Virus record (IMG/VR): IMGVR_UViG_3300045988_106833
Coordinates: 12,326-76,325 of that record
DNA from: a virus
Reading direction: 5' to 3' (one strand)
DNA: 64,000 nt
In this document: positions 37,521 to 46,382 of the stretch, one piece after another
Layout of the letters: each line of letters starts with the position of its first letter
Position numbering within the stretch: the first letter of the stretch is position 1
Position numbers and translations under genes: made by a program
Notes under the pieces: model-generated
Databases searched by the model: none
The model's input: the letters and a program-made list of their open reading frames with translations, nothing else
Told to the model about the DNA's origin: nothing

Positions 37521-39973
37521 GCTTTTATTCTATTATAATATTCGATAATCTTTTCTTTCCTGTCTCCTGGTTTTACTGCCATATTCTCAGCCAAGAACCT
37601 AAAATACGACACTGGTATGTCCTTGAATCTAATTCCTTCATATTTTCCAAACCACATTATTATGCTGTCAAGATCGTCTTCTCTCCTACCATCTCTATTC
37701 ACAGATTTAAGCGAGGCTGCCCGACGAAGGATCTCGTCTTTGGTAATAATATCACCCATCCTTATATTAGACAAAAGTTGATCGCCGGCAAACATACACC
37801 AGCCCTTAGAAGGGAATTGCTCGATTGTCAGGTCTTCTATCCGACCAAAGCGTCTCATGTTGTCGCAGCAATCAACTATCAGCGCCTCTTTCTTGTCAGG
37901 ATGGATGCGGACGGCGCGGCCTAATATTTGGTAATAAGTTGAATATGAGAAAGTTGGTCGACCAAACATCACACAATCAAGTTCAGGAAAATCAAATCCG
38001 GTAGCAAGCGTTGAATAATTAAAAACCACCTTCAACTTACCTTCTTTGAAATCGGATATGATTTGCTCTCTTTTCTTTTTGGTTGTTAGCGATGTTACGA
38101 CACCGGTTATGGCTCCCATCCTGGCATTCATGAACTCTGATATTCTATTACATGATTCGATAGAATCCATGCAAACCAAAATGGCTTTACGCTCGTTCAT
38201 AAGTTGAAGAAGGCGCTTGTAGATAGAGTTGTTTAAGCCGTTTCGTACAATACTTTCTTTAATAGATTCGTTGGTGTATTCGGCTCCGGTACTGTTTAAC
38301 ATCAGAGCCGATTCATCAAACGACCATCGTTCGTACTTAAGTGGACACCAAAACCCTTGAGAGGTTAGTTCTTGTATTTGAGTCACATGAACTATTTTCT
38401 TGAAGAAGTTATGCTCGTCTTTCGTCAGCATATTGAGCTTGCTATAATTTCCTTCCAGCATGGAACTGTAGGTTCGGAGGCGGCAGGGAGTGGCGGTGAA
38501 GCCCAGTACCTTCGCCTCGGGAAACTCGCTCATAAACTCCATAAATTCAGAACCTTCCTCCGGGGAATACCCCGAGTGGCATTCGTCCACCAATAAGGTG
38601 TCTATCCCTATATCTTTCAACCTTGCTACGTCTTTCTTTATGCTTTTAAGTGTAGCATAAGTCATAGCCGATAGTTCCTTTATACCACATGAAGCAGAAT
38701 ATATAGTAGGTTTAGAACCGAATGATACGGCCTTTGCATAATTCTGCTCCAGAATCTCTTTTGAGGGCTGTAATACTAATGTCGGTCTATTTATTTCATG
38801 TGCTATCTTGGATATTATTAAAGATTTTCCCGAATTATGATGAATAAAGCATTGCTCATCCAAATATAAATGATTCCCATCTGTTGTAAAACCATAATAT
38901 TCTCCTTTTCCTACATATTCTACCTTGAAGCCAACAACATATGGATTTTTATTTATTATCCTATTGGCTCCTTTTCTTATACCAACCCTTACGGGTATAT
39001 TCTCTAAATTTCCATATATTCCAGTTCTATAATATTTTACACCATCAACAAGTTTACATGAGTATCCTGAACATAACAATCCTAAACTTCTACACAATAA
39101 AACAAATTGTTTCATCATTGTTTCAGATTTACTGCAATACTCATACCCTTTTCCTGATTTATTATAATAAGCATCTGTGTCAAGAAATCCAGCTAATAGT
39201 TTATATCTGTTTTCTTTATTTGATGTAAGATATTGTATTGGTATAAATTTATCACCAGATTTTCTATTGTATAATCCTATATCTTTAATAGCATTTATTA
39301 TAGGGTTCCCACCTCTTCCACATCCTTTTGATAAAAAATAAGATTTTGACTTATTGTTAGTTCCTTTCTTCTCTGCTACTCTTATATACATATTGTACTG
39401 CTTAACAAACGAATATAAATATTCTACTATTTCTTGTCGTTGAGTAGTTATGCTAAGACTGGAGGTGATACTGCCATCTCCAAGGCACAATCCCAAAAAA
39501 TAAGGATCTAACGGCATATTCTTTTTAGATTCCTCAAAATCGAAACCGTTTGGTCTTCTAAGCTTAAGAATCGTCTTATGATAAGGAGCAAATTTTATAT
39601 ACTCCCCGATGCTTACTTCTTCTATAGATGGACCATCTTTTCGTTTATCTTTTAATCTATACATTGACATTATATGGCCTTTATTCACGATAAAAGGCTT
39701 CCCTTTTAAAGGTCTTATTTCATACATGTCATCTATTCCATTATGCAATTCCAGGACAGTTCTTGGGGTTCCATCATCACCCATTACCCTATCTCCAACT
39801 ACAATATCCTCCACTTTCTTTATTGTCCCGTCATACATGAGTATTCCGTATCCTTTTGCATGACATCCGCATGGAGCTACGATTATGCCAGGCTTCTTAG
39901 ATCTTCCTGTAAGAAACTTAAGCCCGGCATCTACTGCCTCTTTCTGGTAAGGTCTAAGTTCAAAGCCCATCAC
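37517..39973 (-). CDS. SF2 DEAH-box-type DNA helicase precursor containing an intein (818 aa; extein 474 aa)
   Basis: Extein motifs: split Walker A APCG|SGKS, motif II LLVDECH, motif III TATP, and a C-terminal helicase domain. See the intein feature. Confidence 0.8.
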   Translation of the reverse strand: MMGFELRPYQKEAVDAGLKFLTGRSKKPGIIVAPCGCHAKGYGILMYDGTIKKVEDIVVGDRVMGDDGTPRTVLELHNGIDDMYEIRPLKGKPFIVNKGHIMSMYRLKDKRKDGPSIEEVSIGEYIKFAPYHKTILKLRRPNGFDFEESKKNMPLDPYFLGLCLGDGSITSSLSITTQRQEIVEYLYSFVKQYNMYIRVAEKKGTNNKSKSYFLSKGCGRGGNPIINAIKDIGLYNRKSGDKFIPIQYLTSNKENRYKLLAGFLDTDAYYNKSGKGYEYCSKSETMMKQFVLLCRSLGLLCSGYSCKLVDGVKYYRTGIYGNLENIPVRVGIRKGANRIINKNPYVVGFKVEYVGKGEYYGFTTDGNHLYLDEQCFIHHNSGKSLIISKIAHEINRPTLVLQPSKEILEQNYAKAVSFGSKPTIYSASCGIKELSAMTYATLKSIKKDVARLKDIGIDTLLVDECHSGYSPEEGSEFMEFMSEFPEAKVLGFTATPCRLRTYSSMLEGNYSKLNMLTKDEHNFFKKIVHVTQIQELTSQGFWCPLKYERWSFDESALMLNSTGAEYTNESIKESIVRNGLNNSIYKRLLQLMNERKAILVCMDSIESCNRISEFMNARMGAITGVVTSLTTKKKREQIISDFKEGKLKVVFNYSTLATGFDFPELDCVMFGRPTFSYSTYYQILGRAVRIHPDKKEALIVDCCDNMRRFGRIEDLTIEQFPSKGWCMFAGDQLLSNIRMGDIITKDEILRRAASLKSVNRDGRREDDLDSIIMWFGKYEGIRFKDIPVSYFRFLAENMAVKPGDRKEKIIEYYNRIKA
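38834..39865 (-). mobile_element. intein (344 aa) with a LAGLIDADG homing endonuclease domain, inserted in the helicase P-loop
   Basis: Starts with Cys right after APCG. Ends FIHHN, followed by Ser (SGKS). Removing it restores APCGSGKS. Two LAGLIDADG-type motifs, LGLCLGDGSI and LLAGFLDTDA. Boundaries verified codon by codon. Confidence 0.75.
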
Positions 39974-40346
39974 AATCTATTATATTATTTTTTGAAAGTT
40001 CTATTATCGCCTCTTTCAACATCTCCCTTGCTTTATTCTCATTATCTTCAAACAGGCATACACTGCACGTAGCACCTTTGGAGGGGTAGTCTCTGTAGGC
40101 TTCTGCTCTTTCTACAACGTACTCACAACAATAGTCGTGACTCATGTCTTTTGCTATACTTATAAAATGATCTTCTCCATCCATCAACACGCAATATTCA
40201 GCATCGTTTTCGCATGCAATAACACCTTTGTTTTTTAAAATGGATAGTACTTTATTTCCAAAAAGTCCAATATAGACCCATATACCTTTCCCTGCATTTT
40301 TGTAAAAAATATCCATTCCTTCTTTGATTGTAACTTTCTTTTCCAT
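39960..40346 (-). CDS. hypothetical Cys-containing protein (128 aa)
   Basis: ORF track. Confidence 0.5.
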   Translation of the reverse strand: MEKKVTIKEGMDIFYKNAGKGIWVYIGLFGNKVLSILKNKGVIACENDAEYCVLMDGEDHFISIAKDMSHDYCCEYVVERAEAYRDYPSKGATCSVCLFEDNENKAREMLKEAIIELSKNNIIDCDGL

Positions 40347-40352
40347 AATCCC

Positions 40353-40676
40353 TTATTTTATATCAGTAATTAAAACATATATTTTAGCAATATCTTCAAG
40401 ACTCACAGAAGAACGTATATATAGTTTTTCTTCGTACTCATATAGAGCGTACCCTTCTTTTATGTCTAATATCTTAATCACATGCTTGCCTCTTTCAAAT
40501 GGATCATCAAAGTAGCTCTTATGTTCGTATCTTTGACCTACTTTGATTTTGTCAGTTTTCTTCTTCATCTTATAACGATCTACTGCTCTACCTGTTTTTA
40601 TGAAAGCTGTCGTGAGTAAGTATAATAAAACTAAATACAAAAGGATCGCTACTCCACATGTTAGATCTTCTTTCAT
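40353..40676 (-). CDS. small membrane protein (107 aa, one N-terminal TM helix)
   Basis: Hydrophobic VAILLYLVLLYLLTTAF. Confidence 0.5.
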   Translation of the reverse strand: MKEDLTCGVAILLYLVLLYLLTTAFIKTGRAVDRYKMKKKTDKIKVGQRYEHKSYFDDPFERGKHVIKILDIKEGYALYEYEEKLYIRSSVSLEDIAKIYVLITDIK

Positions 40677-40846
40677 TGGACTCCCTTTAAGTAGTTAAAC
40701 CATATATCCTCCAGTCTTTCCTGAAGCTCAAACGCTTTCTTGAAATTCCCGCATCTTACAGCAACATCTCTCATGTATTCTACGTTTATAACTTCCGGAT
40801 CTTGCCGGTATTTTGTTCTTAACTTTTGAACATCCTCGTATTTCAT
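40673..40846 (-). CDS. small protein (57 aa), missing from the ORF track (below its 60-aa cut-off)
   Basis: Its ATG overlaps the TGA of the upstream nuclease gene (ATGA). Its TGA overlaps the ATG of the downstream gene (ATGA). Translation MKYEDVQKLRTKYRQDPEVINVEYMRDVAVRCGNFKKAFELQERLEDIWFNYLKGVQ, verified by hand. Confidence 0.5.
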   Translation of the reverse strand: MKYEDVQKLRTKYRQDPEVINVEYMRDVAVRCGNFKKAFELQERLEDIWFNYLKGVQ

Positions 40847-41862
40847 CGCTTTATCTTTTTAGACGGATCCCAATCCGAAGAGAAAGGGCATTCGTTTTTG
40901 TTATGTAATCCAAAGTCACAATAATAACACAGTGCCGACGGGCAGGGTAGCTTGTTTTGCGAAACAGGTTGGCTTAGGGTGGCACGCCGCTTGCTATATC
41001 TGGCTCCTTCTGCTCCCTGGATGTATGCCTGAAATGTTTTTACACTATTATCTTCAAAATCATACATTTTAGATAAAGTGTCATTTAGCATTTCTATAGA
41101 TTTTGTTTTACGCTCTTCATTTACCTTAACCTTTTGGTACTGCCTGGTTCTGGTAAAGAAATAGATGTTCATATCTGGCAGAACTCCACCATATTTTCTA
41201 TAGATGTAAAATGAATATATAGGATGCTGTAAATTCGTTTCCAGCTTCTTAGAGTCAAAAACCTTATTCCCTGATTTCCAATCTATGACATAATGGTGAA
41301 CTACGTTCTTGCTTTTTATAGCCAGATGAAGATCCACTGATCCTACTATGTACACATGGGTATGAATTACCCCATTTATATCAACAGGCTTAGGAAGACG
41401 GTACGGCAGCACAAAATCTTCTTCGACTCCAACTATGGCGCCGTGCCTGATAAGTTTCTCGCAGGGATTAAGATCACTATCAGCTATCATAAACCTATTG
41501 CCGTCTTTTTTAAATAGATCCACAATCCAAGCAAGAAGCTCCCCGGATTGCTTCATGGCTATCATCATATTTTCCGGTGATTGCCAAGGTATGTCTTCTT
41601 GGTAAGCATAGTAACTTATCGCTTCTCCAAGGTCTTTACCAGAAGGCTGTCTTCCGTTCTTGAAGAAGTATTCCAGTGTCTTATGAATAACCGTACCATA
41701 AGACGTAGCTTCTTGTTTTTCCGTAGATCTTTTACCTTCCACATAAGTCTTATACCATTTCATTGGACAAGTAAGAAACGTATCTATCTGGGAATAGGAA
41801 ATGGCAAGACGTTTCACGCCATTAAACTCCTTATATAGCAAATGCGTTTCCGGGACCATCAT
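40843..41862 (-). CDS. PD-(D/E)XK exonuclease of the Cas4 / RecB-like family with a C-terminal Cys cluster (339 aa)
   Basis: N-terminal SQIDTFLTCPMKWY, then IVGSVDLHL and VIDWKSG (D...D/ExK-like), and C-terminal CPSALCYYCDF...ECP. This is typical of Cas4-like Fe-S nucleases (established pattern). Confidence 0.6.
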   Translation of the reverse strand: MMVPETHLLYKEFNGVKRLAISYSQIDTFLTCPMKWYKTYVEGKRSTEKQEATSYGTVIHKTLEYFFKNGRQPSGKDLGEAISYYAYQEDIPWQSPENMMIAMKQSGELLAWIVDLFKKDGNRFMIADSDLNPCEKLIRHGAIVGVEEDFVLPYRLPKPVDINGVIHTHVYIVGSVDLHLAIKSKNVVHHYVIDWKSGNKVFDSKKLETNLQHPIYSFYIYRKYGGVLPDMNIYFFTRTRQYQKVKVNEERKTKSIEMLNDTLSKMYDFEDNSVKTFQAYIQGAEGARYSKRRATLSQPVSQNKLPCPSALCYYCDFGLHNKNECPFSSDWDPSKKIKR

Positions 41863-42218
41863 AAGTCATTGTCTTTAAATCCTTCCGGGTAATATACGAC
41901 ATACTTCTTACCGTCTTCTGGTGTCATGGCAAACTGCATGTAGTTATTACGATTACGATGCTTGCCATCTAATCCTCGCTTCCAATACAGGATGCCGTCT
42001 ATATCCACATAAGACCGTCCGCGTTCGGCTCTAACTACGTCCGTGTGTAGCAGATACCCGTCGGAAGACACGATCCATACTTTATCCCCTTTGTTTAAAT
42101 AAGATATTCTTTTTCTTACAACAACCTTTTTCTTATTATCCAATGCAAATTCTTCGTCAGTCATATTCTTCATCCTCCTCTTCTTCTGTTTCAAAATCAA
42201 TTCCATAACACTGATCAT
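41859..42218 (-). CDS. hypothetical protein (119 aa; may start at M19 after GAGGAGG)
   Basis: ORF track. There is an internal ATG with an SD at 9-nt spacing. Confidence 0.5.
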   Translation of the reverse strand: MISVMELILKQKKRRMKNMTDEEFALDNKKKVVVRKRISYLNKGDKVWIVSSDGYLLHTDVVRAERGRSYVDIDGILYWKRGLDGKHRNRNNYMQFAMTPEDGKKYVVYYPEGFKDNDL

Positions 42219-42352
42219 AATGTCCTGTCAGTTCTTCTGGTTCTAAATCTTGCCCAAAATCCATATTAAAAACATATTAATCAATAAAGCACTAAAAATC
42301 ACTATTTCTGCTGGAATAAAATCTATAAATGCTGCTTTTATTTCTTCAATTA

Positions 42353-42390
42353 GGCCCAAGTGTAACCTTGGGCCATTGTATTTATTTTTT
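42353..42390. terminator. perfect 8-bp GC-rich hairpin (ggcccaag/cttgggcc) followed on the plus strand by ATTGTATTTATTTTTT
   Basis: Read directly. It lies between two minus-strand genes, but its U-tract is on the plus strand. Confidence 0.4.
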
Positions 42391-44082
42391 GTCATCTCCT
42401 TTTAACTTCTTTAAAGTATCTGCAATCGGAAGCTGATCAATGACTCCCAGCGCTGGAGCAACGGCCTTAACAACATTGTTAAGGAAATTACCGGTGCTGT
42501 TTTGACCACCGTCAAATACCGTGATATTTCCGAGATTGATGTGCTCGAACGCCTTAACCTGTTCTCCAGCAATTTCTTTCCACTGATTAACCATCTTGTA
42601 CTGGATGGCGATCTGGGGATTGGATTCTGCTGCTTCCACCATAGCCTTAAATCCGTCGGCTTCTGCCATTAACGACTTTTTCTTACCTTCGGCTTCTGCC
42701 TCCAGCTTCATCTGAATAGCTTTTGCCTCTGCCTCAGCTTTTGCCAAATGTGCTGCTGCCTCAGCCTCAGCCCGGCGTTTGATCTTCTCGGCCTCGGCAT
42801 CAGCTTGTAAGATAGCCTCTTCCTTCTGGGTTTCAGCCGGCACAATCTTTTCAGCCTTAAGCGCAGCCTGAACTTTCTTAGCCTTAGCTTCTTCCACTTC
42901 TTTATCAGCAAGCTCTTTTGCCGTTTTTACAGCCGCTTCCGATTTAACTTTTTCTTCTCCGGCCTTCTTTTCTGATTGAGCTTTGATAATCTGTAGTTCT
43001 GATACTGACACAGCAACCTCCTTCTGGGCATTGTTGTATCCTATAGACGCATTTTTCTCAGCCTCAGCCTTCTTAATCTGAGCTTCAGAGTCTTGTATTG
43101 CTATAGCTGCTTCCTTGTCAGCTTCAGCCTTATTCTTTCCGACTTCTTCCATCCTTTCAGCCTCGGCTTTATTTACTTCAAGTTCTGCCTTAGATCTTAC
43201 AATCGCCGATTCCTTGTCGGTTAAAGTTTTTGCGATAACCGCAGCCCTGTCTCTATCTGCTTGAGCTACGCCGATCTGTTTCTCTTTATCGGTTAAAGCC
43301 AAGGCTATTTCTTTTTCTTTCTTCGTTTCAGCTACTATCGTTTCCTTTTCTTTTTCAGTACAAGCAATTTGAATCTCTTGTTCTTTTTTGGTATTAGCCA
43401 CAGCCGTTTCTTTCTCCTTCTGCTGTACAGCAATCTTAATAGCACCCAGCTTCTCCTGCTCTTCGATATTAGCTTGTGCTTCGTTCAGAGCCCTACTTTC
43501 AGCCTCCTTACCAAGGTTCATAATATAACCTGCTTCGTCTCTGATGTCACTGATGTTGATGTTCAGGAGGTAAAGACCTAACTTGTTAAGCTCGTTATCA
43601 ATGTTCTTTCTTGCCTTATCCAAAAACTCATCCCTGTCAGAATTAAGTTTTTCGATTGTCATTTCAGCAATAATCAAACGCATCTGACCGTAAACGATGT
43701 CCGTAATAAGATTTTCAGTAGATTCGGTATCCATCCCCAAAAGTCTTTCTGCCGCATTTTGCATGATTTCGGGATTTGTACTGATAGCTACTGTAATGGT
43801 CGTAGGTACATCTACTCTAATATTCTGAGATGACAAAGCACCGGTAAGCTTGCAATCTATTTGCATAGGCTCCATTGACAAAACATCATAGCTTTGAATA
43901 ATAGGCAAGACGAATGCCGCTCCACCATGATATAATTTCGCCGACTTCTTTTCCCCACCTGTCTTACCGTAAACGACCAAGACCTGATTAGGCTTACATC
44001 TACGATACCTTGATAAGACTCCGATGATTGTCAAAATAATCACTACAGCTAAGATAGCTGACACGTACATGATTGTTGTCAT
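42382..44082 (-). CDS. SPFH-domain flotillin-like membrane protein (YqiK-like), 566 aa with a long Ala/Glu/Lys coiled-coil repeat region
   Basis: N-terminal TM, then RYRRCKPNQVLVVYGKTGG...LYHGGAAFVLPIIQ...QNIRVDVP...PEIMQNAAERLLG follows the E. coli YqiK/flotillin pattern. Repetitive coiled coil at the nucleotide level. Confidence 0.8.
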   Translation of the reverse strand: MTTIMYVSAILAVVIILTIIGVLSRYRRCKPNQVLVVYGKTGGEKKSAKLYHGGAAFVLPIIQSYDVLSMEPMQIDCKLTGALSSQNIRVDVPTTITVAISTNPEIMQNAAERLLGMDTESTENLITDIVYGQMRLIIAEMTIEKLNSDRDEFLDKARKNIDNELNKLGLYLLNINISDIRDEAGYIMNLGKEAESRALNEAQANIEEQEKLGAIKIAVQQKEKETAVANTKKEQEIQIACTEKEKETIVAETKKEKEIALALTDKEKQIGVAQADRDRAAVIAKTLTDKESAIVRSKAELEVNKAEAERMEEVGKNKAEADKEAAIAIQDSEAQIKKAEAEKNASIGYNNAQKEVAVSVSELQIIKAQSEKKAGEEKVKSEAAVKTAKELADKEVEEAKAKKVQAALKAEKIVPAETQKEEAILQADAEAEKIKRRAEAEAAAHLAKAEAEAKAIQMKLEAEAEGKKKSLMAEADGFKAMVEAAESNPQIAIQYKMVNQWKEIAGEQVKAFEHINLGNITVFDGGQNSTGNFLNNVVKAVAPALGVIDQLPIADTLKKLKGDDKK

Positions 44083-44113
44083 AACTTTTAAAATTTAATT
44101 GTTGATAAAAAAA

Positions 44114-44608
44114 TTAGATACTTAATTCTCCTTCTTCATATTTTATATTCGCCTTGTCGCCGTTTTTGTAGGTTTTTCCAGACAAGCATCTTACTCTCAT
44201 TTGCTCTTGTCTTCCATTTTTCGAAATATTTACCATATAATGATTCTTCCCTGATCTAAATACTATCTCCACTTCTTTTCCGTTTAAATCTTCCGGACAT
44301 TCGTACACCATTTCTTGTTTTAACTTAAGAAGTAACTTATATACGTAAAACAAAACGATAAAGAAAAACGACCCTATCACAACCCCTACTAAATGGGAAC
44401 CCGAAAAGTAGGTAGTCCAGCTATATCCAAGAATAAAATGTGTTATGCCCTTGAATGATATGATGTCCGACAAAGACATGCTTAAATCAGAAGCACTGTC
44501 AATGTCAATATCCGTATCCAGATCAGATCCTAATATCGACAACAAAAACTGTATAACAAAAGCAAATGATGCTATTAAAGCCATGCATAAAATTATGTCA
44601 CTTCCCAT
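44114..44608 (-). CDS. NfeD-like membrane protein (YqiJ-like), 164 aa
   Basis: N-terminal hydrophobic helices plus a C-terminal short beta-rich domain (GKEVEIVF...VRCLSGKTYKNGDKANI). Its position immediately upstream of the SPFH gene is the canonical NfeD-SPFH arrangement. Confidence 0.5.
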   Translation of the reverse strand: MGSDIILCMALIASFAFVIQFLLSILGSDLDTDIDIDSASDLSMSLSDIISFKGITHFILGYSWTTYFSGSHLVGVVIGSFFFIVLFYVYKLLLKLKQEMVYECPEDLNGKEVEIVFRSGKNHYMVNISKNGRQEQMRVRCLSGKTYKNGDKANIKYEEGELSI

Positions 44609-44849
44609 ATCCTTCTGTTATTATTTTGTAAACAAGATCAGTCATATCTTTGATGGTCTCCATATCATAATCAATAATAACAATATTGAATTTTTGTTCC
44701 ACCATCACTTCCAGTTCAATTTGATCAACAGAATCTAATCCAAGTTCTTTAAACGACACATCTTCTTCATGAACTATATCTATTTCTGAATTAAGAAACT
44801 GAGTAATAATTATATCCTCTATTATCTTTCTGATTCTTACTTTTTCCAT
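44598..44849 (-). CDS. acyl-carrier-protein-like small protein (83 aa)
   Basis: FKELGLDSVDQIELEVMVEQKF matches the ACP phosphopantetheine-site consensus (DLGxDSLD..EL). Confidence 0.5.
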   Translation of the reverse strand: MEKVRIRKIIEDIIITQFLNSEIDIVHEEDVSFKELGLDSVDQIELEVMVEQKFNIVIIDYDMETIKDMTDLVYKIITEGYGK

Positions 44850-45550
44850 TGCTTTCTAATTTTGTTAAACAAATACGTTTTTATGTTTTTCAATCGCTCT
44901 TTGTCTGTTTCAGAACTTCCGGTAAACAAATAATCCGGATTGCCTTTAGCCGGCGGCGTAGGCAATTTAGATACGGCAAACAACCAATCCATTTCCTTAT
45001 TCTTCTTAGACTCCAAATAAGGCTCGGTAGCGATCTTAAATTTTTCAGCTATTAAGTCAAAGAGCTTTGAATTTTTAAGGTTCATATGAACTGAAAAAGC
45101 CTGAGAAGGCGGTTTCCATATGAAGTTACATAAGCTCATTGTATAATCTCCTGACTCTGCTATATAAGATTCCGTTACCTGAAGTATGACCTCTTTCTTG
45201 AATGAGGTGTTACCCATAAACCAACACAATCTGGATTCCGCTTCTTTTCTACTGACACCTATGTCTTTTGAATATGATTCGTACATTCCTATCATAATCT
45301 TCAACGTTTCCAGGACCTCGTCCGTCATTTCCGGTGTCTCTATATAATTCACAAAAGACGTTCCTTTGTTGGTCAATCTCATCACGCCTGATTTTAATTT
45401 CTCAACCAGGCCAAGCTCTATATACCTCCCAGCATCTTCCTCCGGCATGGCTTCGATCATAACCGAATCCTTCTGTCTTATGGCAAGAAGATTAGCCAGA
45501 TCATTAGGAGTCATGTCTGATGCTGCAAGTTGTCTGAAATTGATGTACAT
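44837..45550 (-). CDS. hypothetical protein (237 aa)
   Basis: ORF track. Overlaps the ACP-like start. Confidence 0.55.
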   Translation of the reverse strand: MYINFRQLAASDMTPNDLANLLAIRQKDSVMIEAMPEEDAGRYIELGLVEKLKSGVMRLTNKGTSFVNYIETPEMTDEVLETLKIMIGMYESYSKDIGVSRKEAESRLCWFMGNTSFKKEVILQVTESYIAESGDYTMSLCNFIWKPPSQAFSVHMNLKNSKLFDLIAEKFKIATEPYLESKKNKEMDWLFAVSKLPTPPAKGNPDYLFTGSSETDKERLKNIKTYLFNKIRKQWKK

Positions 45551-45552
45551 AC

Positions 45553-45750
45553 CTAATCAGCTTTAATGAAAATAACATTCTTGTTATCTTGTCTATCAAT
45601 ATGTTTACATGGACCAATAATCATGTCTGTACATGAACAATAATAGTATTTTTCAAATATACACCTATCGCATGTATCACCTTCCACACATTTTAATCTT
45701 ACAAGTCCGGCAGCAAATACTTCTCCTACTTTAAATTCCTTCTTTTCCAT
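45553..45750 (-). CDS. small Cys-rich protein (65 aa), paralog of 63538..63798
   Basis: Shares the CVE...CDRCIF...Y.C...C pattern with the 86-aa protein at 63538..63798. Confidence 0.5.
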   Translation of the reverse strand: MEKKEFKVGEVFAAGLVRLKCVEGDTCDRCIFEKYYYCSCTDMIIGPCKHIDRQDNKNVIFIKAD

Positions 45751-45765
45751 ATTCCCTCCTTGTTT

Positions 45766-46368
45766 TTAACTGTTGTACCCTTCTTTAATAATCGAATTTC
45801 TACCGGTAGATACCGACTGTCGAAGATCGTCATGTACAGAATCTACCGTAGAATACTTGTTTCTGGTTGTAAAAATCACTTCCAGCATCTCCTTGTAATC
45901 ACCTAAAGCTACTTCGTATCTCGGATCTACTTTGGCTTTTCTTTCAGCCTCGGCATTACTTTTAGCCAGTTCTCGATCAAGAAGATCTTCTTTGATTCGG
46001 TCAGCAATCATATCAAGTTCTTTTTTAATAACTTCTCCTGCTGCCCGAAGTTGACCTTCTACGTCACCAAGCTGGTCTTGGACGGTTCCTATTTCTTTCT
46101 TTAGGCGATCGTATTCGTTAATCATACCCATATCACCTGCATAGCCGGAAAAGTCCTTGATTATTCTGGTTCCTTCTTTAAGGAGCTCAATAACTCGTCT
46201 TTTACGTTCTCTGCTTATTAAAGACGGAAGACGATAATTCATATCCGCCACCGCCTTATCATGTATGGAGTTGATTAAAAACATCTCTCTTTCATCTCCT
46301 GCAAACTCAGTAAGAACCAAAAGGAACTTACTTATCAGGTATTCGTTTTCTTCTACTGTTAGTCTCAT
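45766..46368 (-). CDS. hypothetical protein (201 aa; start moved to M52 of the track ORF)
   Basis: The first 51 codons of the track ORF overlap the DnaB-like gene in another frame. The ATG at 46368 lies just downstream of the DnaB stop. Confidence 0.5.
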   Translation of the reverse strand: MRLTVEENEYLISKFLLVLTEFAGDEREMFLINSIHDKAVADMNYRLPSLISRERKRRVIELLKEGTRIIKDFSGYAGDMGMINEYDRLKKEIGTVQDQLGDVEGQLRAAGEVIKKELDMIADRIKEDLLDRELAKSNAEAERKAKVDPRYEVALGDYKEMLEVIFTTRNKYSTVDSVHDDLRQSVSTGRNSIIKEGYNS

Positions 46369-46382
46369 GGTTCTTATTTTTT

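Noticed and set aside
42156-42263. An acidic micro-ORF that I first read upstream of the 119-aa gene.
   Set aside because: Re-deriving the reverse complement block by block showed that I had inserted a base. The frame stops after 11 codons (MDFGQDLDQKN).
42708-42911. A 67-aa Arg/Leu/Lys-repeat ORF inside the flotillin gene.
   Set aside because: It is an alternative-frame reading of the Ala/Glu/Lys coiled-coil nucleotide repeats, and therefore an artefact.
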